A stretch of 64,000 bases of DNA from an uncultured Dehalococcoidia bacterium (GTDB lineage: Bacteria > Chloroflexota > Dehalococcoidia > DSTF01 > JACRBR01): contig CAZAPT010000008.1 of the NCBI GenBank assembly GCA_964487335.1, positions 27,425-91,424 of the forward strand, given 5' to 3'. The notes below the pieces were generated by a model. It searched no databases and had not been told where the DNA came from. It worked only from the letters and a program-made list of their open reading frames with translations. The translations under genes were made by a program, and so were the position numbers. The number at the start of each line of letters is the position of its first letter. The first letter of the stretch is position 1. Positions 56,760 through 64,000 of this stretch are shown here, piece after piece.

Positions 56760-56872
56760 CGTGCCGTCCTTTCGCGAAGCGAGCGCGCCTCGATCGCGCC
56801 CTTCTCTATCAATCGACCTTACGACGATGTCCCGCTCCGAGCAACAGCCCGCAGCCGAGAGCAGCCACGGGG

Positions 56873-56936
56873 TTGACAGGTTCCGCGCGAAACCCGTACG
56901 ATGCTCCCGTAGAACAGGCGTTTCGAACAGACGAGT
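56873..56936 (+). promoter_or_regulatory. lexA promoter with SOS box(es)
   Basis: TTGACA 56873-56878, 18-nt spacer, TACGAT 56897-56902; GAAC-AGGC-GTTT 56912-56923 and a second CGAAC half-site at 56924. Confidence 0.75.
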
Positions 56937-56973
56937 GCCGGTTTATGATCACCGGTGCGAGGAGGAGCAGCCG

Positions 56974-57615
56974 ATGAAGGGACTCTCTGCGAAGCAGCAG
57001 GGCATCCTGCAGTTCATGCGGGAGTTCATCAGCGAGCACGACTACCCGCCGAGCATCCGCGACATCCAGATCGGATGCGACATCAGCTCGACCTCGGTCG
57101 TTGACTATAACCTCAAGGCCCTCGAGCGCTCCGGACATATTCGTCGTGACCGGGAGGTCTCCCGCGCCATCGAGTTGCTCGACCGCGGCGGCCGCCGTCC
57201 GCGCACCGTCATGGTTCCGATTATCGGCACCATCGCCGCCGGTCAGCCCATCCCGGTCCCCACGCCTGACACCTGGGAGAACGTGGACTACGACAACGTC
57301 TTCGACGCTACTGAAGACCTCACCCGCGGGAAGACCAACGTCTTCGCCCTGAAAGTCCGCGGCACGTCGATGATTGACGCGCTCGTGAATGATGGCGACC
57401 TCGTCATCCTCGAGCAGACGGCCTCCTGCGACGACGGCGACATGGTCGCCGCGTGGCTCAAGCGCGAGAACGAGGCCACTCTTAAGAAGTTCTACCACGA
57501 AGGCGATCGGGTCCGGCTCCAGCCCGCTAACAGCACGATGAAGCCCATCTTCACCGAAGCCGGCAACGTAGAGATCCAGGGGAAGGTGCTGGCCACCATC
57601 GGCCGCCGCGACTGA
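56974..57615 (+). CDS. lexA: SOS repressor LexA
   Basis: YPPSIRDI, IAAG cleavage site, GTSM catalytic Ser, TLKK catalytic Lys; GGAGGAG RBS. Confidence 0.97.
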   Translation: MKGLSAKQQGILQFMREFISEHDYPPSIRDIQIGCDISSTSVVDYNLKALERSGHIRRDREVSRAIELLDRGGRRPRTVMVPIIGTIAAGQPIPVPTPDTWENVDYDNVFDATEDLTRGKTNVFALKVRGTSMIDALVNDGDLVILEQTASCDDGDMVAAWLKRENEATLKKFYHEGDRVRLQPANSTMKPIFTEAGNVEIQGKVLATIGRRD

Positions 57616-57731
57616 GCCGACCCGGAAATCACCGAAAAGTCACGAAACAAACTCCCGGCCGTAGCTGTGCTACGGAGCGCCCGCGTTATCCTGAACCGCA
57701 TCTTTCGACATAACAAAGCGCCGCCCGAAAC

Positions 57732-58736
57732 ATGGACGAGATCCTCCGCATCGAAGACCTCCACGTCCAGTACAATGATCATGACACGGTCGTCCGTGCC
57801 GTAGACGGCATCGATCTCGTGCTCGAACGCGGCCAGGTGCTCGCCGTCGTCGGCGAGAGCGGCTGTGGCAAGACCACGCTCGCCCTCGCGATTCTGAACC
57901 TCCTTCCGACCGCTGGGAAGATCACTGCCGGTCGCGTCCTCTTCGAACGACGGGATCTGCTCGCGCTGCGCAAGGACGATCTGCGCCAGGTCCGCGGGCG
58001 CGCCATCTCAATGATCTTCCAGGACCCCGTCAGCGGCCTGAACCCAGTCCTGACCGTCGGTAAGCAGGTCGAGGAGATCGTCCGCGAGCACGAACGCCTG
58101 TCGAAGACGGAAGCGCGTCTGGCGGCGCTCGACGCTCTTCGTCGCCAGGGCCTGTCAGACGCCGCGCGCGTCGCTGACTCGTACCCCTATCAGCTCTCGG
58201 GCGGACAGTGCCAGCGCGTGATGATCGCTATCGCGACGATCCTCCAACCGAAGGTGATCTTGGCTGACGAGCCCACATCAGCGCTCGACGTCACCGTCGA
58301 AGCCGCCATCCTCCGCGAAATCAACGAGCTGAAGGATCGCCTCGACGCCTCGATCATCCTTATCACGCATGACCTCGGCGTCGTCGCGCGCATGGCTGAC
58401 GAAGTCGCCATCATGTACGCCGGCCGCATCGTCGAGCGCGGCACGACCGATGAGATCTTCGAATCACCGTTGCATCCGTACACCGCTGGCCTGCTCGCGG
58501 CGAAGCCCCGTCTCGATCGCCCCGACGAAGCCCTCCGCCCCATCCGCGGCGTACCGCCTGAAATGACAGAGATGAACGGCGAGTGCGCGTTCCTCCCCCG
58601 CTGCCCGAAGGCCGTCAGCGCCTGCCGCACCGAGCCGTGGCCAGCGCTGGCGGCGATCTCAGATCGCCGGCCGGACCACACCGTCGCCTGCTACAACCCG
58701 ATGTTCCAGCCACAAGAAGTCGAGGCGCGGGTGTAG
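57732..58736 (+). CDS. Oligopeptide/dipeptide ABC transporter ATP-binding subunit (OppD/DppD-like)
   Basis: GESGCGKT, LSGGQCQR, DEPTSALD, HPYT, C.F.PRC..C. Confidence 0.95.
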   Translation: MDEILRIEDLHVQYNDHDTVVRAVDGIDLVLERGQVLAVVGESGCGKTTLALAILNLLPTAGKITAGRVLFERRDLLALRKDDLRQVRGRAISMIFQDPVSGLNPVLTVGKQVEEIVREHERLSKTEARLAALDALRRQGLSDAARVADSYPYQLSGGQCQRVMIAIATILQPKVILADEPTSALDVTVEAAILREINELKDRLDASIILITHDLGVVARMADEVAIMYAGRIVERGTTDEIFESPLHPYTAGLLAAKPRLDRPDEALRPIRGVPPEMTEMNGECAFLPRCPKAVSACRTEPWPALAAISDRRPDHTVACYNPMFQPQEVEARV

Positions 58737-58757
58737 TCGAAGGCAAGATGGAGCCGC

Positions 58758-59549
58758 CTACGCCGACAGGAAGTCCGCGATGTGCTCCGCGACGATCTGC
58801 GGATGACTCCAGATCATCCCGTGCCCCGCCCCCTCGACCAACAGCAGCCGGTTATCCGGGATCCGTTCCGCCAGCAGCGTCGAGAACCGCATCGGCGTCA
58901 GGATGTCCTCCGCGCCGGCGATGATCAGCGTCTTGGCCCTAATCTCCGAGAGCCTTGCCTCCGTATCGACGTTCAGCACGGCCCGCACGTGCCGCTCATA
59001 GGCGTCCTGCGGCTGCCACAGGTCGTTGCCCGCCGTCCGCCGCACCATCTCGTCGATGAATCCGTCACGACGGAAGTCGTGGTGCGAGTACACGCTCCAG
59101 AATGTGGCTCGGCAGTATTCCTCGCGTGGCAGCGTTCGCCGAAGCATCGCCTGGCTCTCGAAGATGGCCGCCCCCCGCGGGTCGCCGCTCGTATACGTCG
59201 AAACCAGCACCAGCCGTCGCACCCTCTCCGGATGTCGAATCGCCATCTCCTGCGCGATCACCCCACCCATCGATGCCCCGACCACATCGCACTGGTTGAT
59301 CCCCAGCCCATCCAGCAGCCCGACGGCATCGTCCATCATGTCCACGACGTCGTACGCCGCGTCGACCACCGACGACCGCCCCACGTCTCGATTGTCGAAG
59401 CTGATACAGCGGAACCGCTCGGACAGCGGCCGCGTCACGCCCGCCCACCCCCGGTGGTCCACTCCCAACCCCTGCACGAACAGCACCGGCTGGCCTTCGC
59501 CATCGACCCGGTAGTGAAGAGTGACGTTGTTTGCTGTGAGCGTTGGCAT
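58758..59549 (-). CDS. Alpha/beta hydrolase (PcaD-like)
   Basis: DNRDVGRS, GASMGG, GAEDILTP, GAGH. Confidence 0.9.
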   Translation of the reverse strand: MPTLTANNVTLHYRVDGEGQPVLFVQGLGVDHRGWAGVTRPLSERFRCISFDNRDVGRSSVVDAAYDVVDMMDDAVGLLDGLGINQCDVVGASMGGVIAQEMAIRHPERVRRLVLVSTYTSGDPRGAAIFESQAMLRRTLPREEYCRATFWSVYSHHDFRRDGFIDEMVRRTAGNDLWQPQDAYERHVRAVLNVDTEARLSEIRAKTLIIAGAEDILTPMRFSTLLAERIPDNRLLLVEGAGHGMIWSHPQIVAEHIADFLSA

Positions 59550-59571
59550 GCCTAGGGCACGGCGAAGAGCG

Positions 59572-62526
59572 TCACCGATCCCGCTCCCCCGACGCCCCAT
59601 CCCCCGACAGCGCCGCCTGCGCCGCGGCCAACCGCGCGATCGGCACCCGGAACGGCGAGCAGCTCACGTAGTCGAGCCCGATCCGATGGAAGAACTCGAC
59701 GGACCTCGGGTCTCCGCCGTGCTCGCCGCATATCCCCAGCTTCAGGTTCGCGCGCGACTCCCGCCCCGATGCCACTGCCTGCCGCATCAGCGATCCCACG
59801 CCGATCTGGTCGATCGTCTCGAACGGGTTCTCCTTCAGCACGCCCGTCGCCAGGTACTTCGCCAGGAACTTCGATTCCGCGTCGTCGCGGCTGAACCCCA
59901 GCGTCGTCTGCGTCAGGTCGTTCGTCCCGAACGAGAAGAACTCCGCCGTCTCCGCGATCTCCGCCGCGGTCAACGCGGCACGCGGGAGCTCTATCATTGT
60001 CCCGAACTGGTACTTCAACTGCGCTCCTGCGGCTTCCATCTCTTTGCGCGCCGTCGTCTCGAGCAGCTCCCGCAGGTGCCGCAACTCGTTCTCGAAGCCC
60101 ACGAGCGGGATCATCACCTCCGGAAGCACGTCGATGCCCTCGGCCGCCAGCTTGATCGCCGCGCGGAAGATCGCCTTCACCTGCATCTCGTTGATCTCGG
60201 GATACAGGATCCCCAGCCGGCACCCGCGCAGCCCCAGCATCGGGTTCTGTTCGCGCACCGCGTTCACGTTCGACAGCAGCGCTTCCTTCTCCCGGAGCTC
60301 CGCCGAGTCTGGCGCCTCGATCCGCAGGCGCTCGACGTCCTCGAGCAGCGCGTCGTGGTCCGGCAGGAACTCGTGCATTGGCGGGTCGATGAGCCGGATC
60401 GTCACCGGCTTCCCCGCCATCACCCGGAAGATCTCCTCGAAGTCTCCCTGCTGCATCGGCAGGATCCGCTCGAGAGCGCCGAGGTACCGTCCCATCGGCC
60501 CTTCCATGCGTCCAAGGACGTCGTTCAGCCGCTGCTCGACGCGCCGCTTCTTATCACCGGTCGCGTTCACTGCCTCATGGCGGAGCGAGTCCGCTTCGGC
60601 CTGGAGCGTCTTCGCGTCCGAAGCCGCGAGGATCATCTCCCGCACGACGGGCAGCCGCTCCTTCGCCAGGAACATGTGCTCCGTCCGGCACAGACCGATG
60701 CCCTCCGCCCCGAATTCGATCGCCTTCGCGGCGTCGTTCGGCGTATCGGCGTTCGCGCGCACCTTCAGCCGTCGCGCCTCGTCCGCCCACGACAGGAACT
60801 CGGTTAGCTCCGGGAAGAACTCCGCCTCCGCCGCCGGGATCATGCCCAGCAGCACCGTCCCCGATGATCCGTCGATCGTCAGCAGCTGCCCTTCGCCGAC
60901 GCGCACTCCGCCGATCGAGAAGCTCTTCGACCCTTCGTCGACGTCGATCGTCTCACAGCCGCTCACGCATGGCTTGCCGAAGCCGCGTGCCACGAGCGCC
61001 GCATGGCTGCTCATCCCACCGCGCTCGGTGAGGATGCCCTGCGCTGCCTGCATCCCGTGGATATCATCCGGCGACGTCTCTTGCCGCACCAGGATCACGT
61101 TCTCCCCGCCCTTGCCGATCCCCTTCGCCGCAGCCGTGTCCGGATCGAAGATCGCCTGCCCGACTGCCGCCCCCGGCGACGCCGGAAGCCCGTGTGCCAC
61201 TTCGAGGAATCGCACCCGCCCCAGCATCGCGTCGCGCTCCCCGTCCGCGATCTCCGCCCACTTCGAGGCGTCCATCGTCTGCAGCTTCTCGTTCTCGACG
61301 TACAGCACGGGCGGCCGCTTCTCGATTACCGAAGCTACGTCCTTCGCCACTTCGCTGAGCGAAACCGTCCGTACCCGTGGATCGACATGCGGATGCAGCA
61401 AATCGTCGAGCCGCGCCGGCTCGACCCGCCCGAGCGCCTCGCGCGTGTCGATCACCTTCTCGTGCACCATGTCCACCGCGATCTTCACCGCCGCCCGGCT
61501 CGTCCGCTTGCCCACGCGGCACTGCAGGAAGTACAGCCGGCCCTTCTCGAACGTGAACTCGATATCCATCGCGTCGCGATAGTGCTGCTCGAGCTTCCGG
61601 CTGATGTCGACAAACTGCTCGTACAGCTTCGGATTCTCTTTCTTCAGTCCGGCCAGCTTCGTCGGCGTGCGGATCCCGGCGACGACATCCTCGCCCTGCG
61701 CGTTGACGAGGTATTCGCCCCACATCTCGTTCTCGCCCGACCCCGGATCGCGCGTGAACGCGACGCCGGTCCCCGAATCGGCGCCCATGTTGCCGAACAC
61801 CATTGTCTGCACGTTGACTGCCGTGCCAAGGTCGTGCGGGATCTTCTCGATCTCGCGGTAACGGAACGCGCGCTCGTTGTTCCACGAGTCGAACACCGCC
61901 CGGATGGCCAGCTCGAGCTGGCGCATCGGCTCCTCCGGGAAGTCGTCGCCGCTATCGCGCTTCACGTGCTCCTTGAAGCGCTCGACCACCTGCTTCAGCG
62001 CGTCCGGGCCGAGCTGCCAGTCCTCCTGTACGCCTGCCGCCTTCTTCACTTCGTTGAAGACTGCGTCGAACTTCTTGCGCTCGAGACGCAGCACGATGTC
62101 CGAGAACATCATGATGAAGCGCCGGTACGCGTCGTAAGCGAACCGCTCGTCGCCCGTCGCGTCGATGAGCCCGTGCAGCGTCTCGGCGTTCAGCCCGAGG
62201 TTCAGCACCGTGTCCATCATCCCGGGCATGGAGAACTTCGCGCCGCTCCGCACGGACACCAACAGTGGCGCCTTCGGACCTCCGAAGCGCTTGCCCGCCG
62301 CCTCCTCGACCTTCGATAGCCGCGCCCGCACCTCGTCCATCAGTCCGTCGGGCAGCTTCATGCCCGCCGCGCTGTACGCGTTGCATGCCTCGGTGGTGAT
62401 CGTTAGCCCCGGAGGCACCGGCAGCCCCAGGTTGGTCATCTCGGCGAGGTTCGCGCCCTTCCCGCCGAGCAGGTCCTTCTGATCCTTGTGCCCCTCGTGG
62501 AATAGGTAGACGTACTTCTCGCCCAT
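59572..62526 (-). CDS. ppdK: Pyruvate phosphate dikinase (984 aa, two insertions)
   Basis: LLGGKGANL, VSVRSGA..SMPGMM, GGMSSHAA phospho-His motif, GLCRTEHMF, SFGTNDLTQ, CGEHGG. Confidence 0.97.
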   Translation of the reverse strand: MGEKYVYLFHEGHKDQKDLLGGKGANLAEMTNLGLPVPPGLTITTEACNAYSAAGMKLPDGLMDEVRARLSKVEEAAGKRFGGPKAPLLVSVRSGAKFSMPGMMDTVLNLGLNAETLHGLIDATGDERFAYDAYRRFIMMFSDIVLRLERKKFDAVFNEVKKAAGVQEDWQLGPDALKQVVERFKEHVKRDSGDDFPEEPMRQLELAIRAVFDSWNNERAFRYREIEKIPHDLGTAVNVQTMVFGNMGADSGTGVAFTRDPGSGENEMWGEYLVNAQGEDVVAGIRTPTKLAGLKKENPKLYEQFVDISRKLEQHYRDAMDIEFTFEKGRLYFLQCRVGKRTSRAAVKIAVDMVHEKVIDTREALGRVEPARLDDLLHPHVDPRVRTVSLSEVAKDVASVIEKRPPVLYVENEKLQTMDASKWAEIADGERDAMLGRVRFLEVAHGLPASPGAAVGQAIFDPDTAAAKGIGKGGENVILVRQETSPDDIHGMQAAQGILTERGGMSSHAALVARGFGKPCVSGCETIDVDEGSKSFSIGGVRVGEGQLLTIDGSSGTVLLGMIPAAEAEFFPELTEFLSWADEARRLKVRANADTPNDAAKAIEFGAEGIGLCRTEHMFLAKERLPVVREMILAASDAKTLQAEADSLRHEAVNATGDKKRRVEQRLNDVLGRMEGPMGRYLGALERILPMQQGDFEEIFRVMAGKPVTIRLIDPPMHEFLPDHDALLEDVERLRIEAPDSAELREKEALLSNVNAVREQNPMLGLRGCRLGILYPEINEMQVKAIFRAAIKLAAEGIDVLPEVMIPLVGFENELRHLRELLETTARKEMEAAGAQLKYQFGTMIELPRAALTAAEIAETAEFFSFGTNDLTQTTLGFSRDDAESKFLAKYLATGVLKENPFETIDQIGVGSLMRQAVASGRESRANLKLGICGEHGGDPRSVEFFHRIGLDYVSCSPFRVPIARLAAAQAALSGDGASGERDR

Positions 62527-62641
62527 GGAGTACTCCAGGCGGCCGGGACCGCTCCCCGGCCAGCGACTAGCCGCCGCCGTGGCATCGCTCTGCCGCGTGT
62601 GACTCAACGTATATCGCGAGGTGCCGATTCGGGAAATCGCC

Positions 62642-62667
62642 CTGAGACCGCGGATTCGCGGTCTCAG
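62642..62667. terminator. Hairpin downstream of the Tad-like gene
   Basis: CTGAGACCGC-ggattc-GCGGTCTCAG perfect 10-bp stem. Confidence 0.55.
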
Positions 62668-62695
62668 CGGCCGTTTACGGTGCTTGAAGGAGGCG

Positions 62696-63793
62696 CTATT
62701 GCGTCAACTTCGCGAAGTGGATCTTAGCCGTCGCGTCATAGCCGCCGGACAGCCCGTTCATCGTCATGTCCGTCGTAACGAACCGCCCCTGGATGTCACA
62801 GCTGTTGCCCGTGCAGGTACCCGTATAGCCCTCGAGGTACAGAAGCGCGAAACGCGTGAGCGTCACTGGCGTCTGCCCGTTACCGAAGTCGTCGACCACC
62901 GGGATGATGATCACGCGGCGGCTGCACGGCGTCGCCGTCTGCGGACATGACTGTCCGGGCAGCCACGGGTTGCAGGCCTGAGCGAGGTGATAGTGCCCGC
63001 TCGCGTCCGGTGTGCCGAATGCCTCCGCGAACGTGTCGCACGCAGTCGAAGTGTTGTTCATCCGAAAGTCCACGCCCGTCTGGGTCGGCCCCGTCATGTT
63101 TCCAGTCTCCGGGTTGCAGTTCGGGCCGTCGCACGTGGGCGACGTCTCCGCGCATACGTCGGGGTAGTGACCCGGGCACGATCCAGCCACGCAGTTCGGC
63201 GCGCCTTGTGCGCACACGTACGACGTGCTCCCGTTCTTGACGTCGCTCAGGTAAGTCGCAGCGCCTGAACCGTCGACACGGATCGCGCCGAAGTTGCCGA
63301 GGTTCCCGCCTGTCGCATCGTACTTCAGCGTCACGAGCGTGCCGTCGCCGGCCGCATCCACGGTGTCCTGCGTGATCGCCCATGGCACCACGCCGTTCGA
63401 TCCGCCGAGCGACACCTTCGCCGCAACCGCCGTCGCCCCGACCGATCTCGAACTGACGCCCAACGCCTTGATGAACGAGAAATTGTGCGTCTTCGTGATC
63501 ACGATGCGGACCTGCGGAGCGCTGTTGCCGCCTGACACGGTCACCGTCATGTTCGAGGTGTCGACGCCGTTCTTCGCGGCGTAGTCGTTGGCGGTTGTCT
63601 GTACAGCGCTCTCATCGGGCAAGTCCTTCGCGGCCGCCAGCGCGATCGCGTCGGCTTCGTTTTGGGAGTTCCGCCGATCGCTCGAGTATGACCCCAGGTC
63701 AATCGCCAGCGCCGCCCCGCCCATTACCATCGGAAGCACGAGCGCGGCGAAGATGATCATCTGGCCGCGCTGCCGTCGCAGCAGCTTTCGCAT
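62696..63793 (-). CDS. TadG/Flp pseudopilin-like protein with Cys-rich domain
   Basis: QRGQMIIFAAL..AIDLG..SQNEADAIALAAA Tad N-terminal motif; many Cys in the C-terminal half. Confidence 0.8.
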   Translation of the reverse strand: MRKLLRRQRGQMIIFAALVLPMVMGGAALAIDLGSYSSDRRNSQNEADAIALAAAKDLPDESAVQTTANDYAAKNGVDTSNMTVTVSGGNSAPQVRIVITKTHNFSFIKALGVSSRSVGATAVAAKVSLGGSNGVVPWAITQDTVDAAGDGTLVTLKYDATGGNLGNFGAIRVDGSGAATYLSDVKNGSTSYVCAQGAPNCVAGSCPGHYPDVCAETSPTCDGPNCNPETGNMTGPTQTGVDFRMNNTSTACDTFAEAFGTPDASGHYHLAQACNPWLPGQSCPQTATPCSRRVIIIPVVDDFGNGQTPVTLTRFALLYLEGYTGTCTGNSCDIQGRFVTTDMTMNGLSGGYDATAKIHFAKLTQ

Positions 63794-64000
63794 CTACCCT
63801 TCCCCTGCCGGGGACGTCCGGCGTCACCCGCCGTTGCAGTGTCCCCGTCGGCTACAGCATCGGCGTGCGACGTCGGAGTCTGTTGTGGTTGCGCAAAACT
63901 CGCGCCGGCGCGCGCCGCCGGCCCGGACACCATCGGCGCCGAGGTCATAAGGCCTCGGCGCCCTGACTGCCTCGAAGGCTAGCTCGCTATTGAACCAGCT

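Noticed and set aside
63794-64000. c-di-GMP riboswitch upstream of the Tad-like gene
   Set aside because: No GEMM-type motifs recognised; only a GGCGCCGAGG/CCTCGGCGCC hairpin, and context is cut by the window edge.
1-64000. tRNA, rRNA, IS/transposase, integrase or prophage genes
   Set aside because: None recognised by eye; a tRNAscan-SE/Infernal/ISEScan run would be needed to exclude them fully.

Overview
High-GC bacterial chromosome window with about 63 densely packed genes and no tRNA/rRNA, CRISPR array, transposase or prophage that I can see. Gene content suggests Chloroflexota, class Dehalococcoidia (inference from a Gram-positive-type SOS box at lexA, many small lipoproteins, a cohesin/dockerin-like surface protein and an alpha/beta-hydrolase-adenylate cyclase fusion). 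Housekeeping genes (rlmN, rplY, pgk, mreB, recJ, folP, lexA, ppdK, radC) are mixed with many acyl-CoA/lipid catabolic enzymes (MaoC hot-dog proteins, CaiB/BaiF, amidase, SDR, alpha/beta hydrolases), transporters and hypothetical lipoproteins. Best finding: a ferredoxin:thioredoxin reductase catalytic subunit (47209-47715, minus strand) whose ORF call stops at an in-frame UGA exactly where the redox-active Cys of the CHC motif belongs. The UGA is followed by a SECIS-like hairpin with an AGGUCU apical loop and 73 more sense codons, so this is a probable selenoprotein. Also notable: a soluble MgtE-type CBS protein paired with an NRAMP-related Mg2+ transporter, a probable highly expressed cohesin-DUF11-dockerin surface protein behind a ~260-nt leader, two REP-like families, heptamer-repeat tracts flanking small genes, probable leaderless transcripts, a degenerate FKBP, and three single-base frameshifts that may be assembly errors. 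All family calls are from motif recognition by eye; no searches were run.
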